Shown: positions 1-9,430, counted from the stretch's first letter. The stretch is 64,000 nucleotides of DNA from Candidatus Moraniibacteriota bacterium (GCA_030648835.1 JAUSGT010000002.1:200081-264080), one strand, 5' to 3'. Notes: generated by a model not told the origin, from the letters alone. Program-made: numbers and translations.

Positions 1-1
1 C

Positions 2-481
2 GATGTTGCCGAAGCGGTAAAATTGCAGTATGGGAGCGCTCTTCCGGATGAGATCGGGAAAAAAGAGGAGGTTGATTTGAGCGTGTTTGATTCGCAGGAA
101 GACGCCGTGGTTTCGCGGCGCCATATCGCGGAAATTATTGAAGCGCGTTTTGAAGAAATTCTGAATTATGTCAATTCCGAACTGAAGAGCATTGGTCGCG
201 AAGAATTGCTGCCGGGTGGTGCGATACTTTCCGGGGGCGGGGCCCTTCTTCCGGGGGCTGTCGATTTGGCGAAGCGGGTACTCCGTCTTCCCGTGCAAAT
301 CGGGTATCCAAAACCGCTTGGAGGCATTTTGGATCAAGTGGATACTCCCCAGTTTGCGACGGTTGTCGGCCTTCTTCTTTTGGCGCAATCCAACCATGTG
401 GATAAGCATACATTTTCTCCGAGCATGATGCATGGTATGATGTTGAAAGTGAAACGTTGGGCAAAACAATTCCTCCCTTAA
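2..481 (+). CDS. ftsA: Cell division protein FtsA, 3' part (truncated by window edge)
   Basis: IAEIIEARFEEIL, LSGGGALLPG and PQFATVVGLL match the FtsA C-terminal region; lies directly upstream of ftsZ. Confidence 0.93.
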   Translation, partial: DVAEAVKLQYGSALPDEIGKKEEVDLSVFDSQEDAVVSRRHIAEIIEARFEEILNYVNSELKSIGREELLPGGAILSGGGALLPGAVDLAKRVLRLPVQIGYPKPLGGILDQVDTPQFATVVGLLLLAQSNHVDKHTFSPSMMHGMMLKVKRWAKQFLP

Positions 482-707
482 GAGTCCGTTTGGGGGAAGA
501 GAAAACAAAGAGAGAAATACAAGATGTTGTATGTCGGAAAACTCGTGTTTTCCTCTGTTTTTTCGCTACCTTGACATATTTTCTTACGTTGTGATACAGT
601 AACCTTTCGAGAAACCCGCTTTCACCCATGTGAACTTTCAGAGCGGGGAAAACAAACAGAATAGTAATAGGCCAATTACTTAACCAACCTTTTAAAAGGG
701 GATACAT

Positions 708-1943
708 ATGGCGGAAATCAAACCTGACATCGAGACTTTCGCGAAGATCAAGGTGGTCGGCGTAGGTGGTTCTGGCGGCAATGGTATTACGCGCATGATT
801 GATGCCAAAATCAAAGGCGTTGAATTTGTCGCTATCAATACGGATGCTCAGGCGTTGCACAATTCCAAGGCGCAAGAAAAGATTCACATTGGGAAAAATC
901 TGACCAAAGGATTGGGTGCCGGAATGAATCCGGAAATTGGCCGTCAAGCGGCTGAAGAAAACCGTGATGAAATCCAGGAAGTGTTGAAGGGCGCCGATAT
1001 GGTGTTCGTTACCTGCGGGCTGGGCGGAGGAACCGGTTCCGGTGCGGCGCCGATTGTAGCGGAAACTGCCAAGGAACTTGGAGCGCTTACCGTGGGTGTC
1101 GTGACCAAACCATTCGCATTTGAAGGTTCTCAGCGGCGCGCTATCGCCGACGAGGCCTTGGAAAATTTGAAAGATCGTGTCGATACGCTTATCACCATTC
1201 CCAACGACAAGCTCTTGACGATCATCGACAGAAAGACGACGTTGGTGAACGCTTTCCGCATCGTCGATGATGTGCTTCGTCAGGGAGTGCAGGGTATTTC
1301 CGATCTGATTACCAAGCCGGGCATCGTGAATGTCGACTTTGCCGACGTGCGGGCGATTATGGAAGACAGCGGCAGCGCTCTCATGGGTATTGGCATCGCT
1401 TCCGGGGACAACCGCGCTATAGAGGCTGCCAAGGCTGCCATCAATAGCCCTCTTCTGGAACTTTCTATCGATGGTGCCAAAGGTGTCTTGTTCAACATCT
1501 CCGGCTCGAGCGATCTGACGATGCTCGAAATCAACGAGGCAGCCAGTATCATTACCGAAAACATTGACCCGAATGCCAAGGTTATTTTTGGCGCCGTGAC
1601 CGATGATCAGATTCGCAAAGGGGAAATACAGATTACCGTGGTAGCTACCGGGTTCGACATTGCCCGAGTCAAAGAGCCTTCTGCCGGATTGATTACCAAT
1701 AGGGCGAACGCGACTCATCCCAAATCCCGTTTTGCTTCTTCCGCTGCGGAAGAGGCTGAGAGAGAAGAAGCTTTGTTGGAGGAGACGATGAGTTTCCCAA
1801 CTCGTAAACTGGAACAGCCGGTGATGATTATCGACGAGAAAATCCAGCCGCGCGGTATCGCTCCGCGGAGCGAATCCAAAGAGCTGGTGGAAGACGAGGA
1901 TCTCGAAATCCCGGCTTTCATCCGTCGCAAGATGAAGAAATAA
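708..1943 (+). CDS. ftsZ: Cell division GTPase FtsZ
   Basis: GLGGGTGSG tubulin signature, NVDFAD, C-terminal LEIPAFIRR peptide. Confidence 0.99.
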   Translation: MAEIKPDIETFAKIKVVGVGGSGGNGITRMIDAKIKGVEFVAINTDAQALHNSKAQEKIHIGKNLTKGLGAGMNPEIGRQAAEENRDEIQEVLKGADMVFVTCGLGGGTGSGAAPIVAETAKELGALTVGVVTKPFAFEGSQRRAIADEALENLKDRVDTLITIPNDKLLTIIDRKTTLVNAFRIVDDVLRQGVQGISDLITKPGIVNVDFADVRAIMEDSGSALMGIGIASGDNRAIEAAKAAINSPLLELSIDGAKGVLFNISGSSDLTMLEINEAASIITENIDPNAKVIFGAVTDDQIRKGEIQITVVATGFDIARVKEPSAGLITNRANATHPKSRFASSAAEEAEREEALLEETMSFPTRKLEQPVMIIDEKIQPRGIAPRSESKELVEDEDLEIPAFIRRKMKK

Positions 1944-2106
1944 ACGGATTTTTCTTCAGCATATTTTTTGTTTCAAGGAATGTAAGAGGTGAAAGGAGTT
2001 TTTGCTCCTTTTTCTTTTTTCTGTCAGTTTGCTATAGTGAAGGCATCTTTGAATTTCTTGGTTTTGCTGAAAAGCCAATGAAGCTAAAAGCTAAGAAGCT
2101 ACCCAT

Positions 2107-2553
2107 ATGCATTGCCCATTTTGCAATCATCCGGAAACCAAGGTTATCGATTCTCGCGATACGCAGGAAGGACGGGCGATTCGCCGGCGCCGCGAATGTG
2201 AGAAATGTCAGGCCCGCTTCAGCACTTATGAAGAAGTGGAAATTTTTCGTTTGCAAATCGTCAAAAAGGATGGGCGCAAGGAGGAGTATGACCGCACAAA
2301 AATTGAGCATGGTTTGGAGCGGGCTTTTGTAAAGCGCCCCGGAGCGGAAGACCATATCGAAAAAATCATGGGGGAGATAGAGTATGAGTTGCACGAAAAA
2401 AGGGCGGATGAAATTTCCAGTCGGGAAATCGGCACGCTGGTTATGCGAAAATTGAAAGAAACCGATGAAGTGGCCTATATCCGCTTCGCATCCGTGTACA
2501 AATCTTTCGGCAGCGCCAAAAGCTTTCTTCGGGCGCTGGAGACTCTCGAGTAG
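2107..2553 (+). CDS. nrdR: Transcriptional repressor NrdR
   Basis: CPFC...VIDSR...RRRRECEKC..RFSTYE zinc ribbon, ATP-cone, VAYIRFASVY. Confidence 0.97.
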   Translation: MHCPFCNHPETKVIDSRDTQEGRAIRRRRECEKCQARFSTYEEVEIFRLQIVKKDGRKEEYDRTKIEHGLERAFVKRPGAEDHIEKIMGEIEYELHEKRADEISSREIGTLVMRKLKETDEVAYIRFASVYKSFGSAKSFLRALETLE

Positions 2554-2615
2554 ATTTTTTTGGTGTTTTCTTGTGTAGTTCCTAAATATTGTTTTTTCTT
2601 TCCCTTTTTTGTCGC

Positions 2616-2733
2616 CGAACATTTCTGACTCACTCTGTCGAACAGGGAGCTGTCCTGTCGAGACCCTGCCTACCGGCAGGCAGGCATCCGTCACGCTCGA
2701 CTGTTACCGACTCGTTCGTCACAAATGTGACCG
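2616..2733. repeat. Dispersed hairpin repeat family A, copy 1
   Basis: Near-identical to 3061-3208 and 39628-39725 (CGAACATTTCTGACTCACTCTGTCGAAC...GTCACAAATGT); contains the 20-nt insert CCTGCCTACCGGCAGGCAGG. Confidence 0.9.
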
Positions 2734-2788
2734 TCGCCAACCGGAGAAAGAAAAAACAATATTTAGGAACTACTTTCGAATGTGACAT

Positions 2789-3010
2789 ATGCAAAAAATT
2801 TCCGTGACTATCGTTCCGCGGTCGGGGAAAAATAGTGTCGAAAAAACTGGAGAACATTCGTATCGCGTACACGTGACAGCCATTGCCGCTGAAAATCAGG
2901 CGAACCAGAAATTGATCAAAGTGTTGGCAAAGTATTTTTCCGTCGCGCCCAGCCTCCTGACGATTGTTTCCGGGGCGCGGAGCCGGAAAAAAATCATAGA
3001 GACTTTGTAG
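2789..3010 (+). CDS. DUF167/YggU family protein
   Basis: VTIVPRSGKN...V.V.A.AENQANQKLIKVLAKYF...IVSGARSRKK pattern; 73 aa. Confidence 0.85.
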   Translation: MQKISVTIVPRSGKNSVEKTGEHSYRVHVTAIAAENQANQKLIKVLAKYFSVAPSLLTIVSGARSRKKIIETL

Positions 3011-3060
3011 ATTTTCTTAAATAAGGTCTTTATTACTTCTTTTCTTCTCGTGGCAGCCAT

Positions 3061-3208
3061 CGAACATTTCTGACTCACTCTGTCGAACGGGGAGCTGTCC
3101 TGTCGAGACCCTGTCTACCGGCAGGCAGGCATCCGCCCGCCTCGACGAGCGAGAGCGAGGCCGGGTCACGCTCGACCGTTACCGACTCGCTCATCACAAA
3201 TGTTACCG
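3061..3208. repeat. Dispersed hairpin repeat family A, copy 2 (two nested inserts)
   Basis: Aligns to 2616-2733 with an additional ~30-nt insert GCCCGCCTCGACGAGCGAGAGCGAGGCCGG. Confidence 0.9.
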
Positions 3209-3260
3209 CTGCCTGCCAAAGAAGAAAATAAATACATAAAGACCCAAAGGGAATGGTGTT

Positions 3261-4745
3261 ATGTTGATGAAGGACCAGGTTTTTCTTTTGGCGTGCCTGG
3301 GGTATATCGGGGGAGTCTTTGCGGGCTCTTTTTTTGTTGTTCCGGGGTGGATGCTTTTTCTCGGAGCTGCTCTGTGGGGCGCGCTTTTTGTAACGTTTCC
3401 GAGAAAGAATATTTTTCTCCTTTTCTTTCCTTTTGGGCTGTTCCTTTTTGGCACTTTTTCCGTTACACAATCCCTCGAACATTTTCACGAGGAGAATATG
3501 CGGATGGGCGAAGTGTCCGGCATAGTGCGCGTTGTTAGTGATCCGGAAGAGAAAAGTTTTTATAACCAAATCATCATCCGGATGGAAACATGTGAGAGTG
3601 AAGTGTGCCCATCGGAAAAAATCCTTTGGCAAGCGCCGAAAACCGTGGCCGTTGTTTCTGGCGCACGAATGGAATTTTCCTGTGCATTAGAACTGCCGGA
3701 AAACTTTGATCCGACGTTTGATTATCGGATGTTTCTGGCTAAGGATAATGTTGGGTATGTTTGTCGCAAGGCGTCATCGTGGGTCACTTTGCCAGAAGAC
3801 GATCGAACACGTTTCGCGAGAATCTTTTTTTGGCCGAAACACGCTTTTGAAGAAGCTCTTGGCAAAAGCTTGCCCCAGCCGGAAGCGGGACTGGCTCTCG
3901 GGCTCATCGTGGGGGGTGACAATCGTTTGCCTGAAACGCTGAAAACAGCTTTCGCCCGGGTAGGACTGACTCATATCGTTGCTATCTCAGGATACAACAT
4001 CGCGCTCATCGCTCAAGGGCTTTTGATTTTCGGTATTGGTATTGGATTGTGGCGGAAGCAAGCGATTTTTCTGGCGGCTCTGGGGGTTATATTTTTTGTT
4101 TTTCTTGTGGGTGCTCCGGCTTCGGCTGTTCGCGCTGGCGTTATGGGACTCTCTGTGTTCGCCGCTTTTTTTGTCGGTCGGCTGTCGCGTGGAGTGAATA
4201 TGCTTCTTTTGGCGGCGGTATCTATGCTCTTTTTTCAGCCACTCCTTCTGCGTTATGATGTCGGTTTTCAATTATCGTTTTTGGCGACACTTGGCATCAT
4301 CGTCATGGCGCCATTTATGGATCGATTTTTATCCAAAGAATTTTTTGGCAAAGGTTTTCTCGAGATATTTTTTCTTACTTTTGCCGTGGAGCTCTTTGTG
4401 ATGCCGGTACTCATGTATCAATTTCATATTTTTTCTCCCTGGGCGCTTCTGACCAATGTCCTCTTGCTTCCGCTGGTACCGTACGCTATGGCGCTCGGGT
4501 TCGTTTCGGCTGTCGCGTTTTTTATTTTGCCGGGACTCCATATGCTACCGGCCACTCTGACGTATTTTTTCTTATGGGTTATCACGTATGTTGTGGAGCG
4601 ATTTGGTGCGTTACCGAGCGCCACGATAGAGGTGTCTCTCGGCGGGGTGGCGCTTCTCGCGTGGTATGTTCTTCTGTTTTTTGGTATCGTGATAATGAAA
4701 AAACAGCTGCGACGGAAATATGTCCAAACGAAAGATCTTTCTTAG
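3261..4745 (+). CDS. comEC: ComEC/Rec2 competence protein, membrane domain
   Basis: GLTHIVAISGYN, SAVRAGVM and DVGFQLSFLAT motifs; many transmembrane segments. Confidence 0.93.
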   Translation: MLMKDQVFLLACLGYIGGVFAGSFFVVPGWMLFLGAALWGALFVTFPRKNIFLLFFPFGLFLFGTFSVTQSLEHFHEENMRMGEVSGIVRVVSDPEEKSFYNQIIIRMETCESEVCPSEKILWQAPKTVAVVSGARMEFSCALELPENFDPTFDYRMFLAKDNVGYVCRKASSWVTLPEDDRTRFARIFFWPKHAFEEALGKSLPQPEAGLALGLIVGGDNRLPETLKTAFARVGLTHIVAISGYNIALIAQGLLIFGIGIGLWRKQAIFLAALGVIFFVFLVGAPASAVRAGVMGLSVFAAFFVGRLSRGVNMLLLAAVSMLFFQPLLLRYDVGFQLSFLATLGIIVMAPFMDRFLSKEFFGKGFLEIFFLTFAVELFVMPVLMYQFHIFSPWALLTNVLLLPLVPYAMALGFVSAVAFFILPGLHMLPATLTYFFLWVITYVVERFGALPSATIEVSLGGVALLAWYVLLFFGIVIMKKQLRRKYVQTKDLS

Positions 4746-5568
4746 TTTCTTGGTGTTGCTTCTCCTTACGGTACTGCTTGCGGTATTTATTTTTTGGTTG
4801 GAGAAATATGAAAAAACAACTACGGTGACGTTTCTCGCTGTTGGAGAAGGGGACGCCATTCTCATTTCTCAGGGACAAAATCAGATACTTATTGACGGCG
4901 GCCGTTCCGGCAAAGAACTGCTTGCCCGTATGGGACGGCATATGCCGTTTTGGGATCGGAGGGTGGAGATCGTTATCGCGACTCATCCGGACGCGGATCA
5001 TATCGGCGGATTTGTTGGTCTGCTCGGGGCGTATCGCGTAGGGCAGTTTTTGTATACCGGGGCACAGAGTAAGACGGAAACTTTCACGCTCTTGCAAAAA
5101 GCGCTGACAGAGAGCAACCTCGAACCGCAGAAAATTTTCCGAGGAAGTAGTATCAAACTTCCGCGAGGAGGAGAATTGGCTATCGAATACCCGCTCTCGG
5201 CACTTCCCAAGGATGTGGCGGAAACCAACACGGGGAGTATCGTTTCGCGCCTCACCTATGGCGTGACACAGATACTCTTTACAGGAGATTTGCCGGATGA
5301 GGAAACGGTACTGCCGGAGATACAAACAGCCGACATCCTGAAGGTGGCGCATCATGGTTCTCGGTATTCAACGAGTAGCCCCTTTCTTGATTGGCTTCAA
5401 CCGAGCGAGGCGATCATTTCCGTGGGCAAGAATACGTATGGGCATCCGAGTCCGGATGTACTGCAACGCTTGAGAGAACACGATGCTGTTATTCGTCGGA
5501 CAGATACCGAAGGAGACATTAGCTATCGTTGTACCAAAGAGCTTTCCCGCTGCGTCTATGTGTATTAG
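4720..5568 (+). CDS. ComEC-associated metallo-beta-lactamase-fold nuclease (split ComEC C-terminal domain)
   Basis: VGEGDA, LIDGG, THPDADHIGG, LFTGD, LKVAHHGS, NTYGHP; overlaps the comEC 3' end. Confidence 0.92.
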   Translation: MSKRKIFLSFLVLLLLTVLLAVFIFWLEKYEKTTTVTFLAVGEGDAILISQGQNQILIDGGRSGKELLARMGRHMPFWDRRVEIVIATHPDADHIGGFVGLLGAYRVGQFLYTGAQSKTETFTLLQKALTESNLEPQKIFRGSSIKLPRGGELAIEYPLSALPKDVAETNTGSIVSRLTYGVTQILFTGDLPDEETVLPEIQTADILKVAHHGSRYSTSSPFLDWLQPSEAIISVGKNTYGHPSPDVLQRLREHDAVIRRTDTEGDISYRCTKELSRCVYVY

Positions 5569-5610
5569 CTTATCTGTATTTTAGACTCTGCGTGCCCTTC
5601 GATTCCGGTT

Positions 5611-5774
5611 CAACAACCAAAAGTAATCTTTTGTCATTATTTCACCTCTCAGAAGCGCTCTCGGCTGGCGAAAAAAGCAAACACTAATCGACGGCGGGAA
5701 TATTCCTTTTTTCGAACCGAGAGCGCTCCTTCAGTCATTGTGAAACAAACGCCAAAAAATTCTTTTGGTTGCTG
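5611..5774. repeat. Long hairpin repeat family B, copy 1
   Basis: Imperfect inverted repeat sharing the core GCGAAAAAA..AATCGACGGCGGGA..TTTTTTCGAACC with 46583-46737. Confidence 0.75.
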
Positions 5775-5857
5775 AGTTTATTATTACAAGTCTTGCCATT
5801 TCTGTTTTTTTATGTCATGCTTGTTTTCAGCAAAGTAATTGGTTGAGGAAAATACTT

Positions 5858-6469
5858 ATGACAGCGCATTTGAAAAAAGAACATTCACTGGTAATCATCA
5901 AGCCGGATGGCGTACAACGCGCTCTTATGGGGGAGATTATTCGCCGCTATGAACGGACCGGACTGAAACTTGTCGCTTTGAAAATGGTTATTCCTACTCC
6001 TGAAATGGCAACAGCGCACTACATGGTGGGCGGAGAGGAATGGTTGGAGACAGTAGGCAAGAAAGCGGCAGCTGCGTATGAGAAGAAGGGGCAGAAGTCG
6101 CCATTTGCCACGTTTCGTGAAAATGGAGTGGCTATTCTTGAAGCTAACACGAAATATCTTTCATCCGGACCGGTAGTGGCTATGATATGGGAAGGTCACC
6201 AAACTGTCGGTATCGTGAGAAAAATAACCGGCGGGACGGAGCCGCTTTCGAGTGATGTCGGAACTATCCGAGGAGATTTGACTGTTGATTCCTATCAATT
6301 GGCCGATTCTGATCAGCGTTCAATCCGCAATTTGATTCATGCATCCGGTACGCCGGAAGAAGCAGAAAAAGAAATTCCCATCTGGTTCACAGAGAAAGAA
6401 CTGTTGAAGTATCGTTTGATAGCGGAGCAGATTCTCTACGACGTGAACTTGGACGGTATTTTGGAGTAG
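5858..6469 (+). CDS. ndk: Nucleoside-diphosphate kinase
   Basis: IIKPDGVQR, SGPVVAMIWEG, GTIRGD, RNLIHASG; ATG at 5858 preferred over the upstream TTG. Confidence 0.96.
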   Translation: MTAHLKKEHSLVIIKPDGVQRALMGEIIRRYERTGLKLVALKMVIPTPEMATAHYMVGGEEWLETVGKKAAAAYEKKGQKSPFATFRENGVAILEANTKYLSSGPVVAMIWEGHQTVGIVRKITGGTEPLSSDVGTIRGDLTVDSYQLADSDQRSIRNLIHASGTPEEAEKEIPIWFTEKELLKYRLIAEQILYDVNLDGILE

Positions 6470-6493
6470 ACTTTTTTTAGAACTTCACTTGAC

Positions 6494-6527
6494 AAGCAGC
6501 CCCTTGACAAGGGGGGTTGCTTTTTTT
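6494..6527 (+). terminator. Rho-independent terminator after ndk
   Basis: AAGCAGCCCCTT-GAC-AAGGGGGGTTGCTT hairpin followed by a T-run. Confidence 0.7.
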
Positions 6528-6539
6528 ATTTATTTCTCA

Positions 6540-6568
6540 TTGACAATTACGTAAAAATATGATATAAT
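6540..6568 (+). promoter_or_regulatory. Consensus sigma70 promoter
   Basis: TTGACA-17 bp-TATAAT, a perfect match, upstream of the small ORF at 6620. Confidence 0.8.
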
Positions 6569-6619
6569 AGGATATAGTTGTTATTCGTTTCTTGTGCTTT
6601 ACCAACCGAGGAGGGCGTC

Positions 6620-6808
6620 ATGTACAGCATTTTGAATTCGCAAGATGTAGCGTCATCCGTGAAAGTTATGGAAAGAGCCACCTTTGGGAGCCTCTTTCAC
6701 CGGAGTTGTGCCTTTTTTGGAATGTGCGGAGCTTTCGGCTGTCAGAAGAGGAGCTCCGTCACCAAGAAGGCAGTAGTGTGCATCTGCCCGCTCAATCGGC
6801 GCCGGTAG
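6620..6808 (+). CDS. Small Cys-rich hypothetical protein
   Basis: GAGGAGG about 5 nt before the ATG, perfect promoter upstream, hairpin at 6851-6880 downstream; an overlapping alternative frame (6592-6870) exists. Confidence 0.45.
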   Translation: MYSILNSQDVASSVKVMERATFGSLFHRSCAFFGMCGAFGCQKRSSVTKKAVVCICPLNRRR

Positions 6809-7029
6809 CACCCCAAACCGAATACAATATCCCCCACGAGGGAAGAGAAAAGCAGGACTTTAGAAACTAAAGGTCCTGCTCTTGCTTTTTTACAGCTTTT
6901 GTAGTATAATGTCGCAATCAGGAGTTGCGAAGCTTCTGATGTAGTGGTTCTTTAGTGTCTCACAAAGAAAAAGTGGGGCGAACTTTGATTCTTAATGGGA
7001 GAACGGAGTTGTTTAATAAAAAAGGTTGT

Positions 7030-7227
7030 ATGCATAATCCGGCATGCCAGTGCTTTGCTGGTCTTGCAAAGTGCCGCGGGGCTGTCGGAAGTGGTGAATG
7101 CAAGCCACCGGCGAAAGTGAGAGTGGATTTGGGGTTGACTCTCGCGAACGTAGATGTGGGGGATTTCACCAAGCTTCTCGAAAAGCATGGTGGTTGTATC
7201 CCTGTCCGGGGTTTCTGTTCGAGGTAA
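7030..7227 (+). CDS. Small Cys-rich hypothetical protein
   Basis: ORF with AAGGT upstream and TATAAT near 6905; no recognisable family. Confidence 0.4.
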   Translation: MHNPACQCFAGLAKCRGAVGSGECKPPAKVRVDLGLTLANVDVGDFTKLLEKHGGCIPVRGFCSR

Positions 7228-7534
7228 AACAACAAGGAGGAATCAGTGCTGTCAGCGAACGGCACACCGAAGGCGACCAAACAACAACTGGCCGCCTTTA
7301 AAATTTTCCATTTGACAGATTTTGAGGAAACTCTATACTAATGGTATGAAAAATATCGCCCAAGTTTTGAGTGTCAAGGGTCTCCTTCTTCTCAAGAAAG
7401 GATAACTTGATGCTGGGAAAATATTTTTTAGAAAGAGAACCCGGCATCAAGACCGGGATTTTTGTTTTTTAACAACAAAAAAGTCTGTCAAATTCCAATT
7501 TTCCATCGAGTGTTTCATGGTGAAGGAGAAAGCA

Positions 7535-7699
7535 ATGACTGAGCAACAAGAGAGGGATCTGGTTTTGGGGCTGCCACCGGAGCAATTGATGGCAAATTTG
7601 CGCCTTGTCCAGGAACGTTTGGATGGTGGCGATAGTGTCAACCCGAACTGTAGTGATACGCGGGTGGAGGATACGGAGGTTTTGAAAGAACAAAAATAA
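7535..7699 (+). CDS. Small hypothetical protein
   Basis: AAGGAG upstream of the ATG at 7535; TTGACA..TATACT at 7312-7339. Confidence 0.4.
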   Translation: MTEQQERDLVLGLPPEQLMANLRLVQERLDGGDSVNPNCSDTRVEDTEVLKEQK

Positions 7700-7870
7700 T
7701 GTTGTGCTACGTCATGACAAAGAAAGGAGCGATCTGCGGACCGTTCCTTTTCAATTCGCTAGAATTCTGATACGCTCAAGGTTGTTTCGGGCTGTAGCCC
7801 TCCTTCGTCCTACGGATTGCGGGTCGCACGCCGCCAAAGGCTCTGGCCGACGGAGCGCGGGTAAATATAT

Positions 7871-7941
7871 CGGAGTGTAGTATAGTGGTAGTACGCAAGG
7901 CTGGGGGTCTTGTAGTCCGGGTTCGATTCCCGGCACTCCGA
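7871..7941 (+). tRNA. tRNA-Pro(GGG)
   Basis: Acceptor CGGAGTG/CACTCCG-A, anticodon arm CAAGG-CTGGGGG-TCTTG, T arm CCGGG-TTCGATT-CCCGG; CCA not encoded. Confidence 0.95.
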
Positions 7942-8040
7942 CATTTAAAGTAGCGGGCATGGGGGCAAAAAGTGAACTGCTTCACTTTTTGCGGGTGTTT
8001 CCGTAAGACATCTCGGCTTACGGATTAAAGACACACCGGA

Positions 8041-8074
8041 GCATGTAGGCCGGGTTCGATTCCCGGCAGCCCGA
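8041..8074 (+). other. 3' half of a second tRNA-Pro-like gene
   Basis: GCATG-TAGG-CCGGG-TTCGATT-CCCGG-CAGCCCG-A; its acceptor strand pairs with CGGGCTG(TAG) at 7788. Confidence 0.7.
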
Positions 8075-8098
8075 CAGTTTTTCGTAATAAAAAAATTT

Positions 8099-8296
8099 AT
8101 GAATCTGCAGACGTATAAAAAACTGAAGCAAGAAACTGAAGAAACAGTTGTGGCTTTCGGCGAGAACTCTCTTTCGGAGCTTGTGGCGTTGGAGCGTGAG
8201 GCTGAAACGGCGGAAGGAGAATTTGTGGCGGAGCTTGAAGCGATCAAAACAGAAGAGCTTCGAAAAAAACTCAAAGGTATTCCGGCTTCCGAATAA
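8099..8296 (+). CDS. Small acidic helical hypothetical protein
   Basis: 65-aa ORF, ends 4 nt before the next ATG. Confidence 0.6.
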   Translation: MNLQTYKKLKQETEETVVAFGENSLSELVALEREAETAEGEFVAELEAIKTEELRKKLKGIPASE

Positions 8297-8300
8297 ATTT

Positions 8301-9371
8301 ATGCATGAGGAACACGAAAAAATTGTTTTGCCAAACGAAGCTGCGCCGTTAGCGGAAGCTTCTCCGGATTACCCGCTGGAAAGTCACGAAGGAGGTATGC
8401 AAGGAGTACTTACTCGGCTCCAGGAACAAGGGAAAGCTCTTTTGAAAAAGATAGATCTTGATGGGAATGTTCACCTTGAAAAGCTAGGGCTTGTCGATAA
8501 TCCAGAGGCACAAAAAGCAGCAGAGAGGTATGATGCTCACAGGCGAACGATGATGGATGGAGTTCGCGAGAAGATAGTTCTTGCAGCCACACTCATGATG
8601 CTGACAATGGGGGCTGGAAAAGTGTTGGGGGCAGAGCCTGGAGATTTGGAAGAAGGATTCCAATCTACTCATGCAGAGCAGAGTGTTGTGTTGGAAGATG
8701 AAGTTATGGATACACAGACTGCCCAGCCGCCACTGTCGGAAAGTATTGAAGAAACGGTACGCATGGGGGAAGCGGGTATAGAAAAGAATATGGCAGCAAG
8801 TGTGGTAATGGAAAAGGCCGATGGAACCTTACAAAAAACTGAAACTTTTGCGAAGGAAAAACCGTTGTCTACTGACGAAAAAGAATTTCGGAAAATGAGT
8901 CAAGCAGTCTCCGATATTATGAGTGCCTGTATGGGACTACAGAAAGATAGCTGTCTGGCGACGGTTACCGGCGCGGCTATGAAACATATAGTTTTGGACA
9001 GCCTTATTCCTTTCAAACGAGGGGTGACCAGTCTCAAAGAAGCGGCTGAAGGGGAAAAAATGGAAGCTGGTGAGCGCTTCGGGAAGGTCATCAGCGGTAT
9101 TTTTGATCTCTTGACGGATGCGGTAACTTTGCAGATGGGAGGAAAGGGGGTCATTAAATTGGCCCAGCTCTACCGGGCGTATCAAGGAGTAAATACCGCT
9201 ACAGCAGCCTATACGTTTTACGTAGAGAATAAGAAAGACGTTCATGCTGCCCTGCAAATTATTTTTGGTGGTGCTTCTCAAGAACGGCAGGCGGTAGAGA
9301 ATACACTCTTTACGCTCGAAAAGGTAGGTCAGATAAGTGGAGAGAAATCTGCGCCTGTTCAGATAAACTAA
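8301..9371 (+). CDS. Hypothetical protein with internal hydrophobic segment
   Basis: Long ORF, ATG at 8301; hydrophobic stretch IVLAATLMMLTMGAG; terminator downstream. Confidence 0.75.
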   Translation: MHEEHEKIVLPNEAAPLAEASPDYPLESHEGGMQGVLTRLQEQGKALLKKIDLDGNVHLEKLGLVDNPEAQKAAERYDAHRRTMMDGVREKIVLAATLMMLTMGAGKVLGAEPGDLEEGFQSTHAEQSVVLEDEVMDTQTAQPPLSESIEETVRMGEAGIEKNMAASVVMEKADGTLQKTETFAKEKPLSTDEKEFRKMSQAVSDIMSACMGLQKDSCLATVTGAAMKHIVLDSLIPFKRGVTSLKEAAEGEKMEAGERFGKVISGIFDLLTDAVTLQMGGKGVIKLAQLYRAYQGVNTATAAYTFYVENKKDVHAALQIIFGGASQERQAVENTLFTLEKVGQISGEKSAPVQIN

Positions 9372-9388
9372 TTTTTTGTTTCACAAGC

Positions 9389-9418
9389 AAAAAACCTCCC
9401 TGAAGGGAGGCTTTGTTG
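9389..9418. terminator. Probable bidirectional terminator
   Basis: A-run-CCTCCC-TGAA-GGGAGG-CTTTGTT between convergent genes. Confidence 0.65.
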
Positions 9419-9430
9419 ATTTCTGTATCT

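Noticed and set aside
171-1718. Long antisense ORFs (also 12665-13912, 25811-27193, 30177-31100, 32996-34021 and others)
   Set aside because: Shadow frames of well-conserved genes on the opposite strand
2616-3208. CRISPR array
   Set aside because: Repeats are long, dispersed and irregularly spaced; no cas genes in the window
3261-5568. Frameshifted comEC pseudogene
   Set aside because: The second ORF has its own ATG and an N-terminal TM anchor; split ComEC/MBL gene pairs are a normal arrangement
8048-8068. Prophage/ICE attachment site duplicating the tRNA 3' end
   Set aside because: No integrase or second att site in the window, and the acceptor strand differs from that of the intact tRNA
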